Origin: Octopus sinensis
Lineage: Eukaryota
Direction of reading: 5' to 3'
DNA: 64,000 nt
Assembly (NCBI RefSeq): GCF_006345805.1
Contig: NC_043001.1
Span: 1,612,001 to 1,676,000, forward strand
In this document: positions 39,131 through 51,633 of the stretch, piece after piece
Position numbering within the stretch: the stretch's first letter is position 1
How the letters are laid out: each line of letters starts with the position of its first letter
Translations under genes and position numbers: made by a program
Notes under the pieces: generated by a model
Seen by the model: the letters and a program-made list of their open reading frames with translations, nothing else
The model's database searches: none
What the model was told of the DNA's origin: nothing

Positions 39131-39692
39131 CATTCAGGCAATAGAATTGCTTGGAATCAAACTGTAGCTGTTATGTATATACAAAAAGCATGTATGTACA
39201 TATGTGTATATGTGTGGGTGTGCATATATGCATGTGTATATGTATCAATCACTGTGTGTGTGAGTGTGTGTAACATAGTCTTCGTTATTCAGAATTCATT
39301 AGCATATGGTGGAGATTTGGCAACAAGCGTACAAGAATGTTTATTTAACACATGGAGCATATGAATTAATTTTATATTAAAATATATATATTTATGTATA
39401 TCTATCTTCCTCTCTCTTTATAAATACATACACAAACTCATCATCATCAGCATCTTCAGTTTTTCATCCATTTTATTCCCCCAAACATGTAAATACACAA
39501 ACATATTTGCATGTGTGTGTGTGTGTGTGTGTGCATGTATGTGATAGAGTGTACATGTGAAGCTGTACACACACATTTTTGTATCATGTGCTTCAATATG
39601 AAATATGCCATCAGGTTTAATAATTTCTATACCATTTACAGTAAACAGCAGATATTTGAAAAACTGCAATCTTCCAAGAAAAATTTCAATAG

Positions 39693-39739
<47 letters not shown>

Positions 39740-39892
39740 CATGTATGTGATGGAAGTTAATCATTAATATATTTGAAGGTGGATAAAATATTTAAGTTAT
39801 GTGTGTGTACATACATATCTGTAAATATATGTATGTGTATATACATTGTGTGTGTGTGTATGTATGTATATGTATATATGTATATGAATGTC

Positions 39893-39924
<32 letters not shown>

Positions 39925-40269
39925 CACATATATATAACTTAAGTGTTTTAGCAATCTTCAAATATATTAATGATTAACTTCTATCACACACACACATAAG
40001 TGTGTGTGTGTGCATCTGTTGAATTGTTACATTAGAACCATATGGATACATACACACACATACAGACACATACATATATACATAGGCACACACATACACC
40101 ACTGCATGTATAGATGTATATAGATGATGTAATATCTATCATATAGCTAAAAAGATTATGAAACAACTATAAACAAATCCAGTAAACATTTACTGTCTCA
40201 GCTCACTCCTCTTATCCTTTCTATACGTATATATATATACTCCCCCAAATAATAAATAATATATATATA

Positions 40270-42108
40270 TTGGATCAGGTAATGAAGGTTACGGAGAGGG
40301 TCATAGCCCAACTAATTAGAGAGAGAGTTAGTTTAGATGAGATGCAGTTTGGGTTTGTCCCAGGGAAAAGCACCACTGATGCTATATTCCTGGTAAGGCA
40401 GCTGCAGGAGAAATACCTAGCCAAAGATAAGCCCCTGTACCTGGCTTTCGTTGACATGGAGAAAGCCTTTGATAGGGTCCCCCGATCCCTCATTTGGTGG
40501 TCAATGAGGAAACTAGGGATAGATGAATGGCTGGTGAGGGCTGTGCAAGCCATGTACAGAGATGCCGTAAGTAAGGTTAGAGTTGGCAGCATGTACACAG
40601 AAGAATTCAAGGTAGAGGTTGGGGTCCATCAGGGTTCAGTACTCAGCCCCCTCCTATTTATCATAGTCCTCCAGGCAATTGTGGAGGAATTCAAGACAGG
40701 TTGCCCCTGGGAGCTCCTCTATGCTGACGACCTTGCTCTAATCGCTGAGTCACTATCAGAACTGGAGGAGAAGTTCCAGGTGTGGAAGGAGGGTTTAGAA
40801 TCGAGGGGCCTTAGAGTCAACCTAGCTAAAACCAAAGTACTAATAAGTAGAAAGTTAGAAAATCCACAAATATCCTCAGGAAGATGGCCCTGCTCGATCT
40901 GTAGAAAAGGTGTAGGTAGAAACTCTATAAGATATACCCAGTGTAAGCTATGGACACATAAGAGGTGCAGCAATGTCAAAGGTAGGCTAACTGGGAAGAT
41001 AGTTTTTGTATGTGGCAGATGCTCTGGAGCATTGACCTCCGAAAATCTGCAGAAAACAACTTCCGTCACTTTCCGGGGGGAAAAACTAGAAGTAGTTGAT
41101 AGCTTCCGCTATCTTAGGTGACCAAGTCAGTAGTGGGGGCGGGTGCGCTGAAAGTGTAACTGCTAGAATAAGAATAGCCTGGGCAAAGTTTAGGGAGCTC
41201 TTACCTCTGCTGGTGACTAAAGGCCTCTCGCTCAGAGTAAAAGGCAGACTGTATGATGCATGTGTACGAACAGCTATGCTACATGGCAGTGAAACATGGG
41301 CCGTGACTGCTGAGGACATGCGTAAGCTTGTGAGGAACGAAGCCAGTATGCTCCGATGGATGTGTAATGTCAGTGTACTTACTCGACAGAGCGTTAGTAC
41401 CTTGAGAGAAATGTTGTACCTAAGAAGCATCAGTTGTTGTGTGCAAGAGAGACGATTGCGCTGGTATGGTCATGTGGAGAGAATGGATGAAGATAGGTGT
41501 GTGAGAAAGTGTCAATCCCTAGCAGTTGAGGGAACCCGTGGAAGAGGCAGACCCAGGAAAACCTGGGACGAAGTGGTGAAGAACGACCTTCGGACGTTAG
41601 GTCTCACCATGGAAATGACTAGAGACCAAGACCTATGGAAGTATGCTGTGCGTGAGAAGACCCGGCAAGACTAGTGAAGCCATAATCCGTGGCCCCTACC
41701 TGGGACGTAGTCAGTCCACCTGTGCATACCTTCCTTCTTGTGACACTTGTGAAGACCTGTTGAGGCAAGTGAGAATCGAATCAAATCAAATCAAATCGAA
41801 CCAAATCAAAATAGATGAACATCAATGGAATTTGTATCCTTCTGGTACCAGTGCCGGTGGCACATAAGAAAACCATCCGAACGTGATCGTAGCCAGTACC
41901 GCAACGACTGGCCTCCGTGCTGAAGGCACATAACAAACACCATCCGAGTGTGGCCGTCCGCCAGCCCCGTCTGGCACCTGTGTCGGTGACACATAAGAAA
42001 ACACTGCCAGATCTGACTGGCCTGGTGCAGCCTTCGGGCTTGCCAGACCCCAGTTGAACCGTCCAACCCATGCTAGCATGGAAAGCGGACGTTAAACGAT
42101 GATGATGA

Positions 42109-42112
<4 letters not shown>
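40270..42112 (+). mobile_element. Second 5'-truncated RTE LINE (RT core to (GAT)n tail), one frameshift at about 41118
   Basis: ORFs 40270-41121 and 41096-41674 are very similar to the 25.5 kb copy (DQVMKVTERVIAQ...YADD...VREKTRQD); 3' UTR and tail to about 42112. Confidence 0.92.
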
Positions 42113-42156
<44 letters not shown>

Positions 42157-42318
42157 TTAGTATATTGGAGCATTCGAACAACAGATCATAACATAATCCT
42201 TGTATTGTCCTTTTCAATGCCCATTCTTTTGTACATACACACACACATATACAGTTTATTAATAAAGATGGAACGATATCACAAAAGCTGTTACTCAGAG
42301 TTTTACGTTCCTGTTCAT

Positions 42319-42365
42319 CAAAACTGTCTGATGAACAAGAATGTGAAACTGAGTAACAGCTTTTG
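42319..42365 (+). ncRNA. Minimal type I hammerhead ribozyme motif
   Basis: CAAAACTGT-CTGATGA-ACA(AGAA)TGT-GAAAC-TGA-GTA^ACAG(C)TTTTG: intact core, helix I 4+5 bp with one bulge, helix II 3 bp, helix III AC/GT, GUA triplet with predicted cleavage after 42355. Confidence 0.65.
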
Positions 42366-42481
42366 TAATGTCTTTGCAGCTTTATTTATAAAGCATATTA
42401 CTCTACCTCCAGTATTTGAGTACTATTTTCTCCACCTCGTTTCATATGTATGTGCTTACTCTGGTATAAATAAATATATAT

Positions 42482-43067
42482 AATTAGTGGACATTTAAAC
42501 ACAAAAAGAGGTGACCCTTAACAGGCTGCCTTACATGATAGAATGAGCAGTCAAGAAAAGTTTCTAAAATTTTGTTACCCTATATTATTCCAAGAATATG
42601 ATTTTAGTTATTCCTGAAGTTAGTCGCCATTTTTTTATTTGCTGCCGACTGAATCTGTGCTTGTGTAGTGAATTTGAAATATTATAATATATAATGGTGA
42701 GACACATGTTATTCTGTCTCTAAATGATATGTTAATGTTTGGAGTACCCACTGAGGAGAACTTCGCCTAGCAAATTATTTTATTTGCTAATTAAAGTTCG
42801 AAACCTAGGTGTGGTTGTAAAAAAACATGGTAAAAGTTTTTATTTTTCATTCCCTTCGAAATTGCTCCAAAATGCGGTTTTGGAAGTTTTGATTGTTCCT
42901 TCTAGCATGTAAGGCGGTCTGTTAAGGGTCACCTCATTTTGTGTTTAAATGTACACTAATTTTATATGGAAAATATGTTGTCTATTGACTTTTTATACAT
43001 GCTAGGCCACTGGTAACAAAAAAAAAAAGTTCTAAAATTTTGCTATCCTATATTATTTCAAGAATAT
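42482..43067 (+). mobile_element. Non-autonomous element with inverted arms (42482-42541/42902-42961), a 43-44 bp direct repeat (42556-42599/43025-43067) and an internal hammerhead
   Basis: Both repeats are directly readable; no coding capacity. Confidence 0.65.
42746..42816 (+). ncRNA. Type I hammerhead ribozyme motif with extended helix II and palindromic helix III (N17 = G, possibly inactive)
   Basis: CCA-CTGAGGA-GAACTT(CGCC)TAGCAAAT(TATTTT)ATTTGCTA(ATTA)AAGTTC-GAAAC-CTAG-GT-G-TGG. Confidence 0.65.
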
Positions 43068-44319
43068 ATATATATATATATATATATATAATCCATTGGT
43101 TTGGGCATTGTCTAATGCCTGTATTTGTTCACTGGTTTGAATTTTCATGGTTTTTCTTAGGTTGTGTTTGTTATTTCTGACGTGTTTGTATTCCTTGCAA
43201 TTGTAGGGTGGGTGTATGCCGACCCAATTAAGTATTGAAACTAGATACCTCATATACCAATACCAATGTACTTTCATGAAACACGTGTAGTCTTATAAAC
43301 AGAAAATACAGGATTCAGAATAGATATAGTTAGTATAAGATTTAATATTTAACATTTTATGGAGTGGTCGGGTATAAAGTCTTTCAGTGTTGATTGAGTT
43401 GAAGGTGGTTCTTGTCTCTAAAATTACTTTTATATGTACGAATTAAACATTGAGAGATCTTCATTTTAGTACATCTAATTTGAATGTCTTTTTCCTGAGT
43501 ACTCGGAAGTAATATTCTCTAATAATTATAATAATAATATACATATGTGTGTATGTATATATATATATATATATATAATATATCAGATGTGACTCCAAGT
43601 CATCAGTGTCACTTGGGCTCATCACAGATTTCGCATAGAACACTCAAAGATATTTCACGTATTTTTAGCTTTATTTCAAGCCACAAATGGCTTATTTTTT
43701 ATGTCTAGCACAATGTTTTTCTCCATTTCTAAGTTAAGGGTAAAAAAAAAAACCCTGCAAAACACAACTGATCTTTACACACACACAGACGCACAGAATA
43801 ACAGCAATCAAATAACGACAGCGGAGTGCACAACAAACATCAGTGATCTGACTACAGATGCCACTTAGTCTCTTACACCTACCCGGGTCATTCATACTTG
43901 CCCGAGTAGCTGGATAATTTTTCATTCCTTTAAGAATATTGTAGAACAGAAATATTTCATAGATTGGAGTTTAAATCGTTATTGAAATTAGTTGTTTCAA
44001 GAAAATGTTGAATTTGAATTAGTTTTAATTTTTACAATCATAGATGTCAACACAGGCTGTAACTTCTGAGCCCGAGTCAGGCATGTGTGAATGATGTTGA
44101 GAGAACGTCTGCTACAAATTATATTTTTTGGCAAAGGGCACCTCTAAGAGGACTGCCAGACACTGAACTTCAAACAGGCTCAATAAAAGGAGCCAGAGAT
44201 ATTGGCTGAAATGACATACTTGAAGATTTTATTCTCAGGCTAAGCCCAAACAACCCGAGTGCCAGAGTCTCCACTGATACACACACACACATATAGATCG
44301 CTAGCCACTACACATTCTT

Positions 44320-44480
44320 TATTTTCTCTCCTTGTTTCTTTGTGTGTTCCCTTCTGTGGAAGAGCGTAGGCTTGAAATGTTTAAGACATTTTCACTTCCC
44401 GAGCGTTAAACTAATACATCTGTTTGCTGTCTATGCCACCTGTCTTCGTCTTTTGTTTTTTTGTGAATTCTCCCCCTATC
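44320..44480 (+). mobile_element. Putative Penelope-like terminal repeat with decayed hammerhead-like core
   Basis: ctgtggaa-gagc-gtag-gctt-gaaat-gtt at 44354-44381. Confidence 0.35.
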
Positions 44481-44490
44481 TTTATCTATA

Positions 44491-44543
<53 letters not shown>

Positions 44544-45007
44544 ATGTATATATGTATATAAATATGTATATATATCTAAATATGTGTGTAATATGCAACA
44601 CAGGCAGTAAACAAAAATAAAATAGAACAGATTGGTGACATTTAGTGGAGATGACCTGGAAGATGTTACTCTTTGATTACTATCACAAACAACAGTAGCT
44701 TTCTTCAGCTGGATACAAGTCATTGATTAGTTAAAATTTCCCAAAACATGACAACTTTAACAGGAAATAACTTTTAAAATACGAAATTTTCACGAAAATG
44801 TTGAAAGTAAACTTTGTTCAGTTTGAGAAATTACACCAGTATGCAAAGTTTTAAACTGTTTAGTTAAAAGAATAATTTTTATAATCTGTGAGCAAAACTG
44901 AAGAGATCCCAATATTATTAGCCTAGTGTACTAACAAAGAGCTTATAAAGTATTTTGCCTGGATCAATAATTCCTCACTAATAGCTCTGTTATATATATG
45001 TATATAT

Positions 45008-45132
45008 ATGTAGAAACACTGCCAGATCAGACTGGAGCCTGGTGCAGCCTTCTGGCTTCCCAGATCCCCAGTCGAACCGTCCAACCCATGCTAGCATGGA
45101 GAACGGACGTTAAACGATGATGATGATGATGA
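45008..45132 (+). mobile_element. RTE-family terminal 3' fragment with (GAT)n tail
   Basis: gtagaaacactgccagatc...ccaacccatgctagcatggagaacggacgttaaacgatgatg. Confidence 0.8.
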
Positions 45133-45526
45133 TATACACACACATTTGTGTGTGTGTGTGTCTATGTGATTGTCCCTGCTTGACCACTAGTATTGGTTTA
45201 AGTTCCCCGTGACTTAGTGGTTTAGCAAATGAGACCAAAAAATTGGCCAAAGGGAAATATAGACTTGCTTGGAAACAGGTGAAGGTTGGCAACAGGAAAG
45301 GCATAAACGACAGAACATTTGCCTAAATAAACTCAATCCGATCCATGCAAACATGGAGAAATGGATATTTAATGATGATGGAATTTTTTCCCGGATGTTT
45401 TCATCCATGTTTTACTATTCTGTCTTTATCAGCTGAATTTATTTGGTTTTTTTTCATAGCTTTGAGAAGTGTTATAAGAACTAAATCTTTTGTACAACTA
45501 TCAGTTATTCATTGATAGAAAATCTA

Positions 45527-46707
45527 TCTGGTTGTAATAAATGTTCTGTCTGTTTTTAAAGGCTCAATAAAGAAAATAAAAGAAAATCTGATTCATTTAA
45601 TCCTTAATATGGTCACCATTCTTCTCCATGACCTCTTTCCATCTGTCAAATGAGTTCTTTAAAGCCATGTTCATAAAATTTCTTAGGTTTAGAAGTGAAA
45701 AAACAAATCAACTTCTGCTCTTGAAGTAATGCACTCAAAAGATTTTGCAAACTTCTAAAGAAACGGTAATCTGTAGGTGTGAGGTCTGGAGAATAAAGGT
45801 GGGTAATGCATAATTCTCTGGGCATAATTTTCTAGATCTTTGGTCTTTTGTGCAGTGTCAGGTCTAGTGTTAGCATGATGAAGGATGACTCCTTTTCTAT
45901 TTGTTAATGAAGGACGTTTTTGCTGCCAATGTGTTGGCAGGATACATTGGCTGTTATTGTTTAATCATCTGCTAGCTCATGATGACTATTCCATGCATAT
46001 GCCATCATACCCTCAGAAGAATACTCTTTGGAGGAAAGCTACTTCTGGGCTGCTGGACTGGCTCTTCACTTCGACTAGACCTCTGACATATTTGCTTTAA
46101 GTTATCATCTCCGGTAATGACTGTTCAAAAAAGTTTTTTGCTGCTCATGAGATCGCAATGTTGCACAGCAAACATGTTGTTCTTTGACTGTCATCAGAAC
46201 GATCATGTGGGACCCATTTCACACCCTTTGATACTTTTCCAAGCCTTTTCAGTTCATGATGAACAGATGGTATGGCTCATGTTGAGGCTCGTGCTTACTT
46301 CCCAGACTGTAACAATCAGGTTTGTTTCATTATTAGCTTCCAATGCTTCAACATCCAATCCTCTTGGGCTCCTTTTGTCCTGCAGGCTGTAGTCGCAGTT
46401 TTTGAATTGGGAAAACCAACTTCTGCATGTTCTTTCTGTCACAATACCATCACCAAAAGTGATTTTGAAGGAATTTGCTGCCACACTTGTACTATTCCTT
46501 TTTTGAAATTCATAAAGAATAACGGGATGAATATGTTCTTTCCTTAGTGGCACCAGTACAGCAACATCAATTATGATAAAATTGACAAAATATGAAAGAA
46601 AATGATAAATTAATGACTGTCATATTTCACATAAAGCTGAGGAGTTACATTTAAACCAAACTAGATATTTACTAGGAAACAAGGACAGAATTTTATTTAC
46701 AGCCTGA
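45527..46707 (-). mobile_element. Decayed mariner transposon with TIRs and TA duplication
   Basis: tctggttgtaataaatgttctgtc (45527-) versus gacagaattttatttacagcctga (-46707), TA both sides; N-terminal HTH ORF 46254-46553 (ILYEFQK...GDGIVTERTCRSWFSQFK) and a decayed YSPDL region at about 45770-45810. Confidence 0.8.
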
Positions 46708-46929
46708 TATTTACTCTATTCTTTGTGTTGAGTCCTTCTGTTGCATCTTCATTTTCTCGGAAGCAATCTGAGATTATGAATATACATATAGATGTATGTA
46801 TACACACATACATAAAATAAGACACATATATGCATATACATATGTATATATACAAAAATTCACACATACACATAAATATGTAAATGTGTCTACACACACT
46901 TACACACACACTATCAACTCTCCTTTATT

Positions 46930-47165
46930 GTGTTCAGTCTCTGGACTGCAATCAACACCAGCACATTTCTAAGCCTGGTATTTATTTTATTGGTCGCTCT
47001 TTGCCAAACCACTAGGTCATGGGAGATGTAAACAAACCAACACTGGTTGTCAAGTGAAGGGGAACAAACACAATGGCACAGTTTCCATCAACCAAATCTA
47101 TTCACATGGCTTTGGTTGGCCCAGGGCTATAGAAGAAGACTTTGCATGGGACTGAACTCAAGATC
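46930..47165 (-). mobile_element. Internally deleted bipartite SINE
   Basis: Same modules as 19330-19675. Confidence 0.6.
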
Positions 47166-47841
47166 ACATGGACACAGACAGACAGACAGACACACACACA
47201 CACACATGCATGCATGCACACTCACATGCACATTTCATCGTCATCATCATCATGTTGCTGATAATGATGCTCTTCATGTTAACATTCACCTTGCAAATAT
47301 TGAATGAGCCGAAAGATCAATATATTGCCAATCTGCAAATATTGTTCCTAGAGACCCTGGCAAGATTGTGGTCTCTCTGCCATGTTTACCTTTCAATAAA
47401 TGTTCACAGTATTAATTTCATTCATCAAATGTCATCAAGTGCAACTTATTTTATTAACTGATGCCAACACCATTAAACCACTTTGCTCATGCCTGCTTTG
47501 TTTAAGTTCCTTACAAGTAAAATATGGTTGATATATATATTTGGTATATATATATATCACATCATTGTTTAATGTCCACTTTCCATGCTGGTATAGGTTG
47601 GATGGTTTGACTGAGGACTGGCAAGCCAGGAGGCTGTACCAGGTTCCAATCTGATCTGGCAATACTTCTATTGCTGGATGCCCTTTCTAACGCCAACCAC
47701 TCTGAGAGTGTAGCGGGTGCTTATTACGTGCCACCAGCATGAGGGCCAGTCTACATCATGTACACCACACACAGTCAACAACTGACATCAATGAAAACAA
47801 CACCATAACCACTTACATAGACATACATAGAAGCTTACAAC

Positions 47842-48260
47842 ATGCCCCTACCTGCTTCCGATTCCTCAGAAATTTCGTCGGAAGATGAAAGCAGTGAGGA
47901 ATGGCAAATAGCCAGAAAAGGAAGGAGGAAATGGAGCAGAAAAAGAACCAAACCAAATGCAAATGTGAACAAAGCAGGGAGATATACAACACCTGAAAAC
48001 AAACACACGCACAATGCTCACTGCCATCAACGCAAAAATACAGAGTTGATGGATTACATAAACACAGGCAACCACCCATACACAACACCACCAGAACACA
48101 TCAAAATACTGCACATCACACCAACCCTGCACCACACACTAAAGTCCATTTACCCTGATGCGGTTGGAAGATGCTAGAAGTACTCTTCCAAAAAACCTTA
48201 TAGTGATCTCCTCGCGCAAATACTGAAGGAGGAGACACAAAAACTTTCCAACGGTAAGTG
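47842..48260 (+). pseudogene. Putative LINE ORF1 remnant upstream of the Tx1-like ORF2
   Basis: 111 aa ORF (acidic patch, EWQIARKGRRK) continuing past one stop to KLSNGK*, ending about 50 bp before the ORF2 ATG at 48309. Confidence 0.35.
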
Positions 48261-48308
48261 ACTCTCTGTTCCTATCGTTAGTGCTTACGCACACACATCA
48301 TTAGGATT

Positions 48309-51295
48309 ATGATCAGGATTGGGGTCCCCTTGGAAACAAGGATACCTCTTAAATGACAAAATCACATGAATTAGAAATCATAGCCATAAGTGAGACCAGA
48401 CTCCATAATCTACGTTTGGTGGACAGTTTAACATTTATTTTTCTCCCTGTCTGCCGAAAATGGGCGGTAGTGGCACAGTGGTACTCTTTCAGAAGAGTCT
48501 GGATCTCGAAGTAAAGACAATATTCGTAGACCCGGGGGGTAGACTAGTTTATCCTGAATGTCGACGGCAGCAATGGGTGTGCTTTTCACCTTGTATCAGT
48601 CTATGTACTGTCTTTAACAGGTCGGCCAGATTTCTTTCAATGTCTAGAAGTATTCCTAGGAATGTCTCGTCCTTTACTTTTAGTGTGGGATTGGAATGCT
48701 ACCTTGGACACGCATCTAGACTATGTGGGCAGAGATGGGAATAGACGGGGATGCAAATGCCTGAGACCTGCTCAAATGTTTTCAACTGTCTGACAGGTAC
48801 CAACTCGACCACCCGAATGCACCAACGTGGACATGGAGCAACCGCATAGAGTCATCGAAATTGTATCTAGATAGGAAACTGTGTAGGACAGCAGATAGAG
48901 ATAGCATAGGGTGTCCACAATCCCACATGGTCAGCTACATGGATCACAAACTTGTGACATGTACACTAGACTTAGACAAGACACATAGGCAGTTTCCTGG
49001 TTACTGGAAACTAAACACATCTTTCCCATCGAGACAGGTTTTCAGAGACCGGATTAGCACACTAGTAAAGAGGGCTTTGACGGGAGCCATCATCAACAAC
49101 AAATGGTGGTTTGCCCTCAAGAGAGCAGTAAAAGCAGAAGCGATTAGGTATACCGAAGCACTAGCCATAGATAGAAGCAGAGTAGAGAGTGACCTAGTTA
49201 AGAAGCTAGAAGAGGCGATTAGAAGTGGCATCGCATCCGACGTTTTGGCGGCAAGGTTGGCCCTCGACCAACACTTCAACGCCAAACACGAAGGGTGTGT
49301 TGTCAGAGCTAGGATGCATGCTCTAAAGAACGATGGTGCTGCAGCTGTGCAAGAGGCCTGGGTAGCAGAGGGGCAACAGGGCAACAAAGCCACCATTCAA
49401 TCTCTGGTAGATGAACAGGGGTGCGAATTACTCGAGCCAAGCAAAATATGTGAGACCTTTCAACAAAATTTTGCCCGACTGTTTGGGACAAGTGGTGAGT
49501 GAGGACGCAAGGTGGACTTCAGTACCCACTTGCACAACCTGCCACAACTCTCAACAGAAGAGGCAGAGTGCTGCAAAGGTGCCATCATGGTGGCAGAAGT
49601 GCAGGACGTGATGGCAGAAAGCTTGAGGGACAAAATCACCGGGATTGGATGGTCTACCTTGAGCTTTACAGTTGTATGCCAGACTTGTTTGGAGATATCT
49701 TGGCAGCAGTGCACTGCAACTGGCAGCAAAACGGGAGCATCCCCGGTTTTGTGAGCTGAGGAGCTGTAACACTGCTGAAGAAAGATCCAAACAAGAGGGA
49801 CGTAATAGATAACTTTAGGCCCATCACTCTGCTCAATGCAGATTTGAAAATTTTGGCCAAGGTGTTAGCCAAGAGGTTGGCACTTGTCATTGAAAAAGTG
49901 GTCGGCAAGGTGCAAACATGCGCTGTGCCAAGCTGGAGTTTCCATGACAACCTCCATCTGATGCACTACATCATAGACAGGATAGTTAAGGAATTTGGCA
50001 TGGGTGGGGCCCTGATCAATTTGGATCAATCCAATGCTTTCGATTGGGTAGACCACCGATATTTGGAGGCTGTTCTCATAGTGGCTGGTTCCAATCCCAT
50101 CTTCTGCAGCTGGATAGCTGCCTTGTACAGAGGTATCCATTCAGTAATTCATGTGAATGGACATCTATTGCGACTTTTCGACATTGCATGTTCAGTCCGT
50201 CAGGGATGCCCCTTCTCGTCACTTCTGTACATATTGACTCTTGAGATACTACTGCGGAAGCTAGCTATGCTGAGGGGCATCCTGCAAGAAATTGGATGCA
50301 GGATGAGTGTGTTTGAATACGTGGACAATGTCACCATCATTGTGTCTAGCTAGGAGCACATTGAGCTGGTTGGTGAGACACTGAAAGACTATGAAGCGTT
50401 GACAGGAGCGAAAATCAACCAGGAAAAATCAGTGGGCTTGCAACTCGGCACTTGGAAAAGCAAGCCCATGCCGTCCAACAGCGCCTCTGTCATGGGACAC
50501 TGGACCGACGGTCCGGTTGAGTTGCTTGGGGTTTGGTTTGGCCTAGACCTCCAAATGGAGAAGAACTGGAATGAGATAATGAGTAGGGTGGTCACTCTTG
50601 TCCAGCAATGGGCCGAGAGGAAGCTGTCCCTAAAAGGTCAGGCAGAGGCGGTGAACATGAACATCATCTTCTACTGCCTGACTGATGTGCCTTGTCCCGA
50701 CCCTACTATCACCAAACAGGAACGCATTCACTTCCGCTTCTTGTGGAAAGGATGTGTTCCGATGGTCAGGTGATCCATTTGCTACCAGCAACCATTAAAA
50801 GGTGGGCTGAGCATGCTGTGGTTGATGATGTGCAGACATGTGCTGAGAGTGCCACATCTCTGGCTCTACATAGATGAACAGGTGTCACTTGAAAAGTGAG
50901 AGTAGAGAGGGAAGTTTTGTCTAGTGAATGTTTAAAAAAAGATGGTGAATGTAGCAAGGATAGCACGTGTGAATGATGGATCCACCTTGAGCATAATCCA
51001 ATGAACCAAAAAAAAGAAAGGAAAAAAGAGAGTCACTTACTGTAATGTGTTTTTTTTTTGCATGACATTATTCCCTGAGGTCACCATGGTCTTTTCTGTA
51101 GGCTTTTCTTTCCAAGGATAAACCTAATCTGTTTCCCATTCTGTGATACACGATCCCTATTGATCGTTTTTTTTTTTTTACCACTATCCCTTTTGATCGA
51201 AAGTCTACCCCCACTTTTTTCTTTCCTTCCTAAAAAGAAAAGCTCTACTTTGTATTTTGTCCCCTGTGTTCAGCCCTGTGTGGCCAATCTAACTG
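48309..51295 (+). mobile_element. L1/Tx1-clade LINE ORF2 relic plus 3' UTR
   Basis: EN motifs IIAISETRL, DPGGRLV, DWNATLD, DHKLV, GYWKLNTS; RT motifs NFRPITLLNADLKILAKVLAKRL, SVRQGCP, YVDNVTI (YADD); many frameshifts; 3' UTR followed by (CTAT)n. Confidence 0.85.
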
Positions 51296-51298
51296 ATC

Positions 51299-51330
<32 letters not shown>

Positions 51331-51586
51331 CTGTCTGTTTGTCTATTTATATATTTATTTATTTGTATGTATGTATGAGAGCTAAAAGTTTTGTGAAAAC
51401 ACATAACAGTTTGAAAACTTACAGCCTTTGAGTCACTGATGTAGCTTCTCAGCTTTAATCTAAACACATTCTTCTTTAATTTCCTGAGATCCATTTTTTT
51501 AGCTTGTATAAATAATCACATATATGTATGCGTATGTATGTATGTGTATTTGTATATATATGTCTGTATACATGGGTGTGTATATG

Positions 51587-51633
<47 letters not shown>

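Noticed and set aside
43265-43295. GAAAC-ACGT-GTA (palindromic helix III plus cleavage triplet)
   Set aside because: No upstream CTGANGA or helix II; at best half a relic
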